32,000 nucleotides of DNA, from positions 1,350,001-1,382,000 of the forward strand of contig NZ_CP080507.1 of the NCBI RefSeq assembly GCF_019464535.1, read 5' to 3'. This stretch comes from Horticoccus luteus (GTDB lineage Bacteria; Verrucomicrobiota; Verrucomicrobiia; Opitutales; Opitutaceae). Position 1 is the first letter of the stretch; every line of letters starts with the position of its first letter. The notes under the pieces are model-generated. The model saw only the letters and a program-made list of their open reading frames with translations. It did not search any database and was not told the DNA's origin. The translations under genes and the position numbers were made by a program. Of this stretch, positions 18,035 through 27,829 are shown piece by piece.

Positions 18035-18304
18035 TGTCTTCAGAGATGCTCGCGAATTTCTCAGCGCCAGATGTCGCTTCGTCTCACGTGAATCAAAGCG
18101 CCGTTTTAATAACCGAGAGCAATCAAAGGAGTCAAACAGCATAACGGACTGGGAAACATGATTTGGACACGAGCGAATACGCTCTATAAGGAAGAACCCT
18201 TCGTATCGCCTGAGGTGCCTTTGCGACATGGCGCGTTGATCACCCGGCTGGAAGCCCGTAAGTTGAAAGGGTCGGTGGGGCCACCCTTTGTTCCGCGCGG
18301 GAGG

Positions 18305-18327
18305 AACATTGGTTCGTGACCAATATT
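18305..18327. promoter_or_regulatory. inverted repeat AACATTGGT-tcgtg-ACCAATATT upstream of the kaiB-like gene
   Basis: 9-bp arms with 8/9 complementarity and a 5-bp spacer, about 270 nt upstream of ATG 18034 within a 438-nt lower-GC intergenic region. Confidence 0.3.
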
Positions 18328-18472
18328 CCGACCGACCACACCGTCATTGACGTGCGCGGTCCGCTTGACGGATTAAACAATATTTCTTGCTGAATTCCGG
18401 CATGGCCCACTTTTGCGTCATTCGGCCGGCCGACAACCGGTGTGCCGGCCGATGAATTGTGCTTCAGTCACA

Positions 18473-20167
18473 TTACGCTTCGGCAAGTCCGTCGGAATCG
18501 GTCTCGGACCACGTTTCGGCAAGGTGTTGTTTTATGCGCTCTGCGGGCAAACGGAAAACGTAGGCCAGCCACATGACCAACGCCGAAAATACAGCGATGA
18601 CGGGGATGGCGGTGTCCATGCCGAGCCAGCCGAGGTTGCCGGCGTGCTGCGCAGGACCGGGGTAGGCACCGAGCCAACTGATCAGTGCGAGGCCGCCCAG
18701 CCACGGAATGACCCAAAAGCCGGCGCGAAATTCCAAACTCGGCGTGCGTTTGCCGTAGAGCGACTCATGCACGAAGAGCACGATCAAACCCAGCACCACC
18801 GCCAGCGACAGCTTCCACTCCGTCTCCCAACCGGACCAGTAAACGATCAGATTGGACGAGAGAAACGCCAGATACGAAATAATCAGCGCGCCGGGCAGGC
18901 GGAACGGTCGCGACTGGCCGGGCAATTCTTTGCGGAGAGCAATCAACACCAGCGGGCCGGAGCCGAACGACAAGACGGTCGCGGACGTCACAAATCCCAC
19001 GAGCTTTTGCCAGCCAGGGAAGGGGAGGAAGAAAACCAGGCCGACGACAAAACTTAGAATCACGCTGACCCAAGGCACGCCATGGCGGTTGACCTTGGCC
19101 AGGCTGGCGGGGGCATTGCCATTGCGCCCCATGGCGTAGGAGAGGCGAGCCGTGACGGTCGTGTAGATAAGCCCGGTGTCGGCTGGAGAGACGAAGGCGT
19201 CAATATAGAGCAGCAAGGCGAGCCACGTGAGGCCCATGGTGGTTGCGAGCGTGGCGAGCGGGCCGAAGGCGAGGGCTTTGTCGCTGATGCCGCCGCTGAA
19301 CGTGGTGCCAATGTGCGCCCAGCCGTTGGCCAATGCGGACGTGGGCAGCGCGCCGATGAACGCGATCTGCAGTCCAATATAAATGACGGCGCACAGACCG
19401 ATGGAACCGAGGATGGCGATGGGGACGTTGCGACTGGGGTTGTCGGTTTCACCGGCCAACTCGACGCCTTGGCGGAAGCCGAGATAGGAGAAAATGATGC
19501 CGGCCGTGGCGATGGACGAGAACACGCCGTGCCAGCCGAAAGGCATGAAACCACCCGCGGCGGCGGTATGAAAATGAGCGGCTTTGAAATCGGTCAGGAG
19601 AAAGGCGCCGACCACCACGCAGATGATGGCGAGTTTCCACCACACGAGGGCGTTGTTCAACCGGGCGAACCAGCGGATGCCGATCACGTTGACGAGGCTG
19701 AACAGAAACATCATCCCCGCCGCGACGAAATAGCCCGGCGTGGTGAGCACCGGGACGCCGTCCTTCAACACTTGCAGCCAGGGAACGTAATTGGAGCCGT
19801 ATTGGAGGGCGGCTTCCACTTCGATGGGGGCCGTGGACGCGGCGGCGAGCCACGTAATCCAGCCGGTTGTGTAACTGGCAAAAGAGCCGAACGCAAAATG
19901 GGGGAAGCGCACCACGCCGCCCGAGACGGGAAACATCGTGCCCAGTTCGGCATAGGCGAGGCCGATGAACAGAATCATAATGCCGCCGATCAGCCACGAC
20001 AGGATCGAGGCGGGGCCGGCTTGCTCGGCGGCGTTGAGCGCACCAAACAGCCAGCCGGAACCGATGATGGACCCGACGGCGGTGAACAGCAGGCCGATGA
20101 CGCCCACGTGGCGCTTCAACCGTTGCTGGGGAGCGGGGCTAGGGACTGGGTTTGAGCGTGAAGCCAT
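18473..20167 (-). CDS. APC-superfamily amino acid permease
   Basis: ORF 18473-20383; ATG 20167 (MASRSNPVPS...). GVIGLLFTAVGSIIGSGWLFG and YAELGTMFPVSGG are signatures of amino-acid permeases. Hydrophobic helices are seen by eye along the whole length. Confidence 0.85.
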   Translation of the reverse strand: MASRSNPVPSPAPQQRLKRHVGVIGLLFTAVGSIIGSGWLFGALNAAEQAGPASILSWLIGGIMILFIGLAYAELGTMFPVSGGVVRFPHFAFGSFASYTTGWITWLAAASTAPIEVEAALQYGSNYVPWLQVLKDGVPVLTTPGYFVAAGMMFLFSLVNVIGIRWFARLNNALVWWKLAIICVVVGAFLLTDFKAAHFHTAAAGGFMPFGWHGVFSSIATAGIIFSYLGFRQGVELAGETDNPSRNVPIAILGSIGLCAVIYIGLQIAFIGALPTSALANGWAHIGTTFSGGISDKALAFGPLATLATTMGLTWLALLLYIDAFVSPADTGLIYTTVTARLSYAMGRNGNAPASLAKVNRHGVPWVSVILSFVVGLVFFLPFPGWQKLVGFVTSATVLSFGSGPLVLIALRKELPGQSRPFRLPGALIISYLAFLSSNLIVYWSGWETEWKLSLAVVLGLIVLFVHESLYGKRTPSLEFRAGFWVIPWLGGLALISWLGAYPGPAQHAGNLGWLGMDTAIPVIAVFSALVMWLAYVFRLPAERIKQHLAETWSETDSDGLAEA

Positions 20168-20399
20168 GGGAAGAAAAGCGGGTGCGGCGAACGACGTGGC
20201 GTGGGGGACGCAGAATTTTTTGGCGGGGCGAAAGGAAAGCGGGCCGGCGCGGGTGGCCTGACCACAAAGCGCGAACACGCTGGGGAGGCGAGGCGGATTT
20301 TTGAAGCGCTGGGGCGGTCCGCTGCGGCTATCGCCGATCGGACGACGCGGCGGAGAGTGAGCTTGGCGTCGCTTGCACAGCACGGATAGATCTTGGCGG

Positions 20400-21524
20400 A
20401 TGAACGGTGACGCCTTCGGCGAACTCCAAGGTCGCGTGGTAAATCTGCTGGCGCGCGCGCGGACAAATCATCCGCTCGGCGTGATCGCTTACACGCCGGC
20501 GGCCGAGGGCGAAGCGTACCCCGCGCTCTATCTGCGCGACTTCACTTACATGGCGGAGTCCGCTTCGGAGTTCATGCCGCTCACCGAGGTACGCGCCGTG
20601 ATTGCGTTGCTCGTTGCGCACCTTTCGCGCGAAGGCCTCTGCCCCGAGCGCATCACCAATCAGGGGGAAGTCGTTTATGTGTGCCACGGCGCCCGCCCGG
20701 CGGTCGACTCCCCGCTTTTTCTGGCGAAATTGTGCGCGGCTTATGCGCGACACGGTGGTGAGCGGGTGTTTCTGGCGGCCGTTTTTTCTGACGTCTGTCG
20801 CGCCGTGGCTACGACGCCGACCGAAATCGCCACCGGTCTGGTGTGGGTCGATCCGGCGGCGCCGCACACCGCCTACGGGTTTACCGACACGATCGCGATC
20901 ACCGGTCGCCACCTGTTTTGTTCGCTGTTGCTTTTTGAAGCGTGCGAGATTCTCGCGGCCCTCGCTCACGATTTGGAGCGGCCTGCCGACTCCGTGCGTC
21001 TGCGCGAGCAAGCCGCCAAAATTCGCGCCAACCTCGATCTCCTCTGGTCACCGGAGGACAACCTGTTTTTCGCGGGCTCCGAGGATTGCCGGCAGGCCGA
21101 TGTGTGGGGTTCCGCCTACGCCTGCGTCATCGGCGCGGTGGATGACGCGCGTCGCCACACCATCGCGCGCACGCTGCTGGACCAACGCGAGCGTTTCGTG
21201 CTGCGAGGGCAAATCCGCCATCTTCTCCGGCCGGCGTTTTGGCACCGTCTCATCGTCGAGAGCGAGTGGACTTCGGCTGGGTGTTTTCAAAACGGACCCT
21301 ATTGGGGCACGGCGACCGGTTGGTTGGCGGAGGTTTTTGAAATGGCGGAGCCGGGCTGCGGTTTCGCTCTGTTGCGCGAACTCGTCGCCGACTTTGCTGC
21401 GCATGGCGTGTGGGAATGTATCGGGCCGGGAGGCTACGCCCGTGTCGCCAATAATCTTTCGTCCGTGTGTCTGCCGTACGCAGCTTGGAAAAAGCTCCGG
21501 GCGTCTGCGGCCTCAGCGCGGTGA
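20400..21524 (+). CDS. hypothetical protein, (alpha/alpha)6-barrel glycosidase-like
   Basis: ORF 20373-21524; ATG 20400. LYLRDFTY, GFTDTIAITG, ADVWGSAYACV and FQNGPYWGTATGW resemble six-hairpin glycosidase motifs. The family could not be pinned down by eye. Confidence 0.5.
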   Translation: MNGDAFGELQGRVVNLLARARTNHPLGVIAYTPAAEGEAYPALYLRDFTYMAESASEFMPLTEVRAVIALLVAHLSREGLCPERITNQGEVVYVCHGARPAVDSPLFLAKLCAAYARHGGERVFLAAVFSDVCRAVATTPTEIATGLVWVDPAAPHTAYGFTDTIAITGRHLFCSLLLFEACEILAALAHDLERPADSVRLREQAAKIRANLDLLWSPEDNLFFAGSEDCRQADVWGSAYACVIGAVDDARRHTIARTLLDQRERFVLRGQIRHLLRPAFWHRLIVESEWTSAGCFQNGPYWGTATGWLAEVFEMAEPGCGFALLRELVADFAAHGVWECIGPGGYARVANNLSSVCLPYAAWKKLRASAASAR

Positions 21525-21672
21525 GGCAACGCTGACTTTTCGGTTCGCGGTCTCGGTTTGCGCGTCGCAGGCAGCGCCGCTAAATTTTTGGAGGCGGGCG
21601 AGAAGACGATCTGCGCGGGGGAGTTCGGACTTCGATGAGTGCGAACGGCGGTCGAGGCGGAGACGAGCGCGC

Positions 21673-22104
21673 TTACATTGTCGCGCAACTCAACATCCAC
21701 TCGTTTCCGTAGCGATCAATCACGCTGCCCCAATATCCGCCCCAAGGCATTTCCGTTGGCGCATACTCGACGATGCCTCCTTCCTTCAGCGCGGCGAACA
21801 GGCGATCGAGCTCGGCGCGGCTGTCGGGTTCGAGGAGCAGCGTGACGTTGTTGCCTTGAATGCGCTCGCCCATCGACGCCGGGGCGTCGTTGCCCATGAT
21901 CACGTGGCCGCCCAGGATGGGCAGGGAGATGTTCATGACCATTTGGGTTTGCTCCGGTGGGCAAGGCGGCTGGCCCGGTTGGCACGGCAGATCGCCGAAG
22001 CGTTTAATCGGGCCGAGGAATTCCGTTTGGAAAACGGATTTATAGAAGTTGAAAGCTTCCTCGGCATTGCCGGCGAAGTGAAAGTAAGTGGAGACGCGAG
22101 CCAT
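21673..22104 (-). CDS. VOC-family (PhnB/YjdN-like glyoxalase fold) protein
   Basis: ORF 21673-22182; ATG 22104 (MARVSTYFHFAGNAEEAFNFYKSVF). MPWGGYWGSVIDRYGNEWML C-terminal motif. Confidence 0.8.
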   Translation of the reverse strand: MARVSTYFHFAGNAEEAFNFYKSVFQTEFLGPIKRFGDLPCQPGQPPCPPEQTQMVMNISLPILGGHVIMGNDAPASMGERIQGNNVTLLLEPDSRAELDRLFAALKEGGIVEYAPTEMPWGGYWGSVIDRYGNEWMLSCATM

Positions 22105-22381
22105 GATGGGAGAGAAGGTATCGTTGGGTGAGAGAAAGGGCCTGGACTTCATTCGACGAACGAAACTGCGAAAATCGGACACGAGCGCCGAATATTTTTC
22201 GATCGCGGTGAAAGGGCGACGGACGAGTTAGGACGGACGCCAGCGCGAAAGGGCGCGGGGAGACAGAGGGTCGGCATCAGGCAAATGGAATGGGCTGGTG
22301 GAGATCACCGGCGACCGCGTGATGAAGATTGTCAGCCGCGTTGCCTTTGCCGATTACCTGTCATCCTCGTCATTTCTCTTC

Positions 22382-23053
22382 ATGAGCACCTCATCCCGGC
22401 GGCCCAAGCTTCGCGTCAACTGTTTCAGCGTCTCCCTTGACGGCTACGGCGCCGGGCCGCGGCAGGATCTCTCGAATCCGCTCGGGGTGGGCGGCATGGC
22501 GTTGCCGGAATGGTTTTTCCCGACGCGCACGTTTCAGACGACGGTCCTGGGCGCTGCGGACGGGGCGAGGGGCATTGATGATGATTTTGCCGTGCGCGGC
22601 ATGGCTGGACTCGGCGCGTGGATTCTCGGCCGCAACATGTTTGGCCCCATCCGTGGCGAGTGGCCCGACGACCAATGGAAAGGGTGGTGGGGCGAAACGC
22701 CTCCCTACCATGTGCCCGTGTTTGTGCTCACGCATCATCCGCGCGCTCCGCTCGTGATGGCGGGCGGCACTACGTTTCACTTTGTGACTGGGGGGATCCA
22801 CGAGGCGTTGCTGCGCGCGCGCGAAGCAGCACAGGACAAGGATGTTCGCGTCGGTGGCGGCGTCGCGACCGTGCGACAATATCTGCAAGCCGGATTGGTC
22901 GACGAACTACATCTGGCGATCTCGCCGGTCCTTCTCGGCGAAGGTGAGAATCTGTTTGCGGGTCTCGATCTGCCCAAGCTCGGCTACGAACGCACCGAGC
23001 ACGTGCCTTCGGCCAGCGCGACACACGTAGTCTTCACGAAACGCGCAACGTAG
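22382..23053 (+). CDS. dihydrofolate reductase-family (RibD C-terminal domain) protein
   Basis: ORF 22298-23053; ATG 22382 (MSTSSRRPKLRVNCFSVSLDGY). ILGRNMF, VFVLTHH, GGGVATVRQYLQAGLVDELHLAISPVLLG. Confidence 0.8.
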   Translation: MSTSSRRPKLRVNCFSVSLDGYGAGPRQDLSNPLGVGGMALPEWFFPTRTFQTTVLGAADGARGIDDDFAVRGMAGLGAWILGRNMFGPIRGEWPDDQWKGWWGETPPYHVPVFVLTHHPRAPLVMAGGTTFHFVTGGIHEALLRAREAAQDKDVRVGGGVATVRQYLQAGLVDELHLAISPVLLGEGENLFAGLDLPKLGYERTEHVPSASATHVVFTKRAT

Positions 23054-23103
23054 TTCACGTGTGAGCTCTTGGTTTTTGCGAACACACGTCAGGTCGCGTG
23101 CCT

Positions 23104-25239
23104 TCAGTCGAGTGAGGGCGGCCGCAGTGGGAGGTCGATGAACGCGACTCCGATGTCGCGGCCCATGTGACTGAAGTCACGGTGATCGTTGCCGTCGTAG
23201 AACACCGCAAGCCGTGAACCCACCGGAACGACGGTCGGCATCCCGATCGCGGATTTCGCCCACGTGCTCCGCGTCGCATCGAGGACGATGGCTTTGTGCG
23301 CGGGATTCCACTGCGTCGGATCCGCCGACCAATAGACCCACACGGCGTCGGTGAATTCGCCATGGATCGCGTCGATTCCGATATGGTTGGTGAAAAGAAA
23401 CCAGAGTCCATTTGCCGGCTCATAGTAGAGGCTCGAGTTCTCGATTTGCTCCGTGGGAGGCAGCAGCGGTTGCGCGGAGATCGTCCAAGGTCCGTTGAGA
23501 TTGTTCGTGCGGGCCAACCCGAGCGTGCGCAAGAACGCAGATCCGGCCTGGGCTGCGCCGCTGAAGAATTGTAGATATTCGCCTCCCTGAAAGATGATGT
23601 GTCCCGGCGAGGCTGTCGCGGCGTAGTAGGTGCCAGGGACGAGGTCCCACGGGACGACCGCCGGCTGCTTGGTCCAAGGCCCGAGGGCGGAAGGCGCCGT
23701 CGCCGTGCGCGTCAAGTAAGGCGAGGAAGGAACCAGCGCAGGCGGGGCCGTGCTGGTTGGGGTGGCGAGATAGAACATGTGCCACGCGTCGGCCGCCTGA
23801 ATTATCCAAGGCGAGCAGGCGCCTCCCGCATCGATCGCGCCTGCATTGCCGAGCTGCAGGATCGGGCCGTTTTTATGCCAGTGAATCAAATCGCTGCTCA
23901 GCGCCTGACAAGCCCGCCAGCCGATCGCGCCGCACCCATCGTAGTGCATCAAATATTGACCGCCGCCGAGGTCGGTGACGATCGCCTCCCGCGCCCCGTT
24001 CACGTCGCTCGCAGCGGGTCCGTCGCCATGGCGCAACACTACTCCAGCGTCCTCGACGTCGACCGCCCAACTCGCGGCCGGGCGACCATCGGTGAACGCC
24101 TCGGGAAAAATTCGAAAAAAGCCGGAGGACGTTGCCGGTGGGCCGGCGAGAGTGGGAGCCTTGCTCCAGCGAAACGAGCCGTGGGTCTGTCCGGACACGA
24201 CGCCGATGCGATCGTTCGCGGTATCGTCACTGCCCCATTGATACGTGAACGTGCCTCCGCCGAGATCGGTGAACGTGAGCGTGGCCACTTCGCGGATCAC
24301 TGTGGCGGCTGCGCCGATCGTGGTGAGGGATGCAACCTTGGCGGAATTGGCCGCCGTCTTGGTGTAACGCGGAGCGATTAACCAGCCGCGCGAATCAACG
24401 ACGCCGGCGCGTCCGCGCTGGATGTCCGGCGTGCCGGTGCTGACCCAAGTTAGCTCGAGAGTCGCAGCCGTGAGACTGGCAGGCGTCGCACCAGAAGGCA
24501 GATTCCACTGGAACGGCGTGTCGAAGCTCAGTTGGAGTGTGCGTCCGCTGGATTCATCGACCGCCGCGATCGGCGCGAAGCCCTCGCGCGTCGGCGTGTA
24601 TCCGGTTTCCGGCGCCTGACGGACACGCCATGACGGCGGGATCGGATCGATGTTTGCGTTCACCAGATAGACTTCCACCAGCCCGACGCCGGGCGTGTCG
24701 TCGTCCGGCGCGAGTTGGACGGTGTAGTTGCCAGGTGCGAGCTCGACGTAGAGGGCCGCATCGTCGTCCGAGGAGAGGGGGAACGCGCCGATCTGGGCCA
24801 TGACGGTGGTCACGACATTCGATGGTCCGCCGCTGGCGGTGTAGTTCTGGGCGCCGGTGGCATCGCTCCACGCGGGAATGGCAGTGCGCCAGCTCGTATT
24901 GACCGCGAGCGGGACACCCGCGCTGTCGAACAACGATAGGCGGGCGCGCGCGAGGGGACTGCGGACGCCCAAGCTGCCAAGTGACGGCCCGATGCCCCGC
25001 AGGAGGACATTGGAGCGGTGTTCGACGACCAAGCCGTTAATCAAAATGTTTTCACCACGGTCCACGCGACCGCGTGCGGAGAGATTGAGAAACGCGTTGG
25101 GTTCGGCGGCGATCCCGGCGGAGACGAGTCCCAGCGCCAGCGCGCAGCGGATCGTAGCACCGAGGCGACGAGACCAGGCAGCGAGTTTCACTGCCCGCGC
25201 TCTTTTTCCCCGGCCGTCATACGAGGTGCCTGTTTTCAT
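23104..25239 (-). CDS. secreted multidomain protein with C-terminal five-bladed beta-propeller glycosidase-like domain (GH43/32-like)
   Basis: 711 aa. Signal-like AALALGLVSAGIAA. N-terminal module NLSARGRVDRGENILINGLVV...LLRGIGPSLG...PGNYTVQL...GVGLVEVY. C-terminal repeats HWHKNGPIL, WHMFYLATP, GEYLQFFSG, LWFLFTNH, VWVYWSADP, RLAVFYDGN. Confidence 0.65.
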   Translation of the reverse strand: MKTGTSYDGRGKRARAVKLAAWSRRLGATIRCALALGLVSAGIAAEPNAFLNLSARGRVDRGENILINGLVVEHRSNVLLRGIGPSLGSLGVRSPLARARLSLFDSAGVPLAVNTSWRTAIPAWSDATGAQNYTASGGPSNVVTTVMAQIGAFPLSSDDDAALYVELAPGNYTVQLAPDDDTPGVGLVEVYLVNANIDPIPPSWRVRQAPETGYTPTREGFAPIAAVDESSGRTLQLSFDTPFQWNLPSGATPASLTAATLELTWVSTGTPDIQRGRAGVVDSRGWLIAPRYTKTAANSAKVASLTTIGAAATVIREVATLTFTDLGGGTFTYQWGSDDTANDRIGVVSGQTHGSFRWSKAPTLAGPPATSSGFFRIFPEAFTDGRPAASWAVDVEDAGVVLRHGDGPAASDVNGAREAIVTDLGGGQYLMHYDGCGAIGWRACQALSSDLIHWHKNGPILQLGNAGAIDAGGACSPWIIQAADAWHMFYLATPTSTAPPALVPSSPYLTRTATAPSALGPWTKQPAVVPWDLVPGTYYAATASPGHIIFQGGEYLQFFSGAAQAGSAFLRTLGLARTNNLNGPWTISAQPLLPPTEQIENSSLYYEPANGLWFLFTNHIGIDAIHGEFTDAVWVYWSADPTQWNPAHKAIVLDATRSTWAKSAIGMPTVVPVGSRLAVFYDGNDHRDFSHMGRDIGVAFIDLPLRPPSLD

Positions 25240-25573
25240 GCGTGAATTGCGTGGGAATGGAACCGAAGGCCGGACTGTTTTGAGGACATTGGCTTTCGTC
25301 AGCCCGGATTTATTATCCGTTAAATTCAGGCTAACCGCGCCAATGCCAAATCGGAAATATCGTCAACGGATGAACGGGTTCGATGGCTCGTTGAGCGACG
25401 CTTGGCTGGTGTTGCCTCGCCTGCGTTTCGGTCGGTCCGGTTGTTAAGACTGCGCGGCGAACGTTCCGCGGGGCAGGTTTATGGGGTGGCGGCCCTGCGC
25501 GGCGGCAAAACGTCCGCCGACTGCCTTGGATGACGCGTTGATTTCCGCGCCGGAAACACTTTCGCTCTGTTTA

Positions 25574-26791
25574 ATGTCGCGGCGAAATTCGGTGGGAATA
25601 ACCGGGATGATAGTATTCGCAATCGCGATGCTCGGCGCGACTGCGTGGTCGCAGTCGCAGGCGGAGCGCGAAGGGATGCGGCTGGTGCAGGAGGCGCAAA
25701 GCACGGGCGACACGACGCAGGCTTTGCGGCTTCTCGACGCGATGGTTCAGGACTCTCCAGCACTGGCGTCAGCCTACAGCCAGCGAGCCCGCGCGCGCTG
25801 GGCTGCCGGCGACAAACCCGGTGCGATTGAGGATCTCGGCCGAGTCATTCAGCTGAATCCCGAGTTGAAAAGCACCTATGCGCTCCGCGCGCGCTGGCGC
25901 AGGGACAACGGGGATTACGTCGGGGCGATCGAAGATGCAGGCAAGGCTGGCGAGTTTCCCGAGAACGTGGAGACGCGCGGTGAGGCGCGGCTGGCCCTCG
26001 GGCGTTATCAGGAGGCCTTGGAAGATTTTAAATATCTTCGCAGCGGCCGTTTTGGCCCTTACACGCGAGCCCGTTATCCGCAGGCGGTCTGCTTGATGGC
26101 GCTGGGCGAGACCGCGGAAGCGGTGCAATGGTTCAAGGCCGACTACGACGACGGCGGCCGCATCGACGCGCGTGCCTGCATGAACCTCGGTTATTGCCTG
26201 CTCGGGCAATATGCGGACGCCGAAAAGGATCTCTCGGCCTGGGTCGCGGCGGGTGCGGCGAAGACGGTGGACGAGTCGGACTACGACCGGGCCGTGCGGG
26301 AAAGTCTGCGCGAGAGCGTCGACAATGCCCAATACCTCTTGGGCGTGGTGCGTTTCGCGCAGGAAGATTTCGACGGGGCTGCGGCGGCCATGGCGAAAGT
26401 TCCGGCGACGAGTTCGTTCCACGACTACGCTCAACTATGGCGTTATCTCGCGAAGTTGCGCGGCAAACGCGCGGAAGAACTCGCCAAGGCGTGGGCGGAT
26501 TTTCGCGATCCATGGGCCGCGCAGCTCGGTGCCTTTCTGCGTGCTGAGATCGATGAGAAAAAACTCTTTGCGGCCGCGGCCGAGTCTGAGGATGCCGCGG
26601 AGCGGCGCGCGCGAGAAGGTGAAGCGGCCTTTTATGCAGCGCAGAAGCGAATCATCGCGGGCGACGCCATGGCAGCGACGTGGCTTTTCGAAAAAGCGGT
26701 GGCGACGGGATCTGTGGAGTCGGTTGAATACACGCTGGCAAAGATCGCGCTGAGACCGAAGCGGACGGTCTCGGTCAATGGTTCACTGTAG
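25574..26791 (+). CDS. TPR-repeat protein, secreted or membrane-anchored
   Basis: ORF 25481-26791. ATG 25574 gives a signal/anchor (MSRRNSVGITGMIVFAIAMLGATAWSQ). Repeated 34-aa TPR-like units (AYSQRARARWAAGDKPGAIEDLGRVIQLNP, TYALRARWRRDNGDYVGAIEDAGKA). Confidence 0.7.
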   Translation: MSRRNSVGITGMIVFAIAMLGATAWSQSQAEREGMRLVQEAQSTGDTTQALRLLDAMVQDSPALASAYSQRARARWAAGDKPGAIEDLGRVIQLNPELKSTYALRARWRRDNGDYVGAIEDAGKAGEFPENVETRGEARLALGRYQEALEDFKYLRSGRFGPYTRARYPQAVCLMALGETAEAVQWFKADYDDGGRIDARACMNLGYCLLGQYADAEKDLSAWVAAGAAKTVDESDYDRAVRESLRESVDNAQYLLGVVRFAQEDFDGAAAAMAKVPATSSFHDYAQLWRYLAKLRGKRAEELAKAWADFRDPWAAQLGAFLRAEIDEKKLFAAAAESEDAAERRAREGEAAFYAAQKRIIAGDAMAATWLFEKAVATGSVESVEYTLAKIALRPKRTVSVNGSL

Positions 26792-26929
26792 CCCTCTTCG
26801 ATCCGGTGTCATCGCCGGCTGGGCACAGCGTTATCGAAGCAGCGAGATTGAATCGTTAATACCCGGCGCCCTTTCGCCAGCGGCGGAGAGTGCCGTGGAG
26901 GGAGCGAGCCGCGAACGGCGCCTGCGCGG

Positions 26930-27829
26930 CTAACGCGCCACGCCGTCGCGGCGGAATAGCGCAAACCGTTCCAACCGTTCCGCGTCGGCGCGGGCGAGCA
27001 ACCGGGCCGTGTCAGGAGCCTGGGCCGCGTCCAAGACGCAGGTTGTCTCCATTATTTCTCGTCGCATGGCAGTTCGGAAAAAAACGTGCAACAGAGCTCC
27101 GACTTCCGGCCCATGAGCGGCGCCACCGGGCGCACGCGCGAGCACTTCAAGATACGCAAGCGAACCGTTGGACCGCACCAGCACGATCGCGGTTGGCGCG
27201 CTCAGGGGACCGGCGACGAACGAGAGCTCGGGATCGAAGCCATCTTGGTCGCCACGGGCCAGGACGACGCGATCGGGCGTCAATAACCCGTGTGCGGCGC
27301 AGATGGCACGCACGGCGGGCAGCGCCGTTTCGTCGAGCGGGCGGACATCGATTGGGCGGCGTATCAGCGCGCGCTCAATCGCAGCGTGGCGACGTTCGAA
27401 ATTGGAGGAAAACGGGACGCGCCAGACCTCGTGGGTTTTGCACTGAACAAAGCCCTGCGCGGCGAGCCACCGCGCGGCGGGCGTGTCGAGTGTCGTCTGC
27501 ATCTCGATCGCTTCAATGCCCAGCGTAGCGGCGTGAGCGACCGCGGCGCCGAGGAGCGCCTCTGCCGGAGGGGCCGACTGGCACCACGCGGTCAGCAAGG
27601 CCAGATCGAGGCGACCGTCGGGGCGGGACGCCGTTCCTGCCGGATCGCGCTCGGCTAGCGTGATGGCGCCTACGATGCGTTCGAATTCGCCGGCCACGAG
27701 TATCCACATCCAGTGCCGGCGGGCGCCGGGTCGGTTCATCGGCTCGCGCAGAGCGGCAGGTAAGCGGCCGATCTCGTCGGGCCACGGCAGGCGCACTTGC
27801 CAAGGTTGATCAGGAAGCGAGGGGGTCAT
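26930..27829 (-). CDS. tandem GNAT-like acetyltransferase-fold protein
   Basis: ORF 26930-27931. ATG 27829 overlaps the sulfotransferase stop (ATGA). Two halves each resemble GNAT cores (IVGAITLA...LLGAAVAHAATLGIEAIEMQT...AARWLAAQGF and AIVLVRSNGSLAYLEVLA...LLHVFFRTAMRREI). Assignment by eye only. Confidence 0.55.
   Translation of the reverse strand: MTPSLPDQPWQVRLPWPDEIGRLPAALREPMNRPGARRHWMWILVAGEFERIVGAITLAERDPAGTASRPDGRLDLALLTAWCQSAPPAEALLGAAVAHAATLGIEAIEMQTTLDTPAARWLAAQGFVQCKTHEVWRVPFSSNFERRHAAIERALIRRPIDVRPLDETALPAVRAICAAHGLLTPDRVVLARGDQDGFDPELSFVAGPLSAPTAIVLVRSNGSLAYLEVLARAPGGAAHGPEVGALLHVFFRTAMRREIMETTCVLDAAQAPDTARLLARADAERLERFALFRRDGVAR

Noticed and set aside
18035-18229. A 65-aa N-terminal extension of the kaiB-like ORF (start at 18229).
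   Set aside because: The extension is lower in GC and has a composition unlike the local coding sequence (MSQRHLRRYEGFFLIERIRSC...). The KaiB alignment begins at the internal ATG 18034, which yields the canonical ~100-aa size.
13492-18472. Possible genomic island inserted next to tRNA-Ser, carrying the kinase and the kaiB-like gene.
   Set aside because: No integrase, no direct repeat of the tRNA 3' end that I could find, and no mobile-element genes. Hand counts of about ten 60-nt lines in the kinase gene range from about 42% to 68% GC (mean roughly 57%). That is only modestly below the flanks (about 62-66%) and similar to rpsA. A sliding-window GC and codon-usage calculation would be needed before making any claim.
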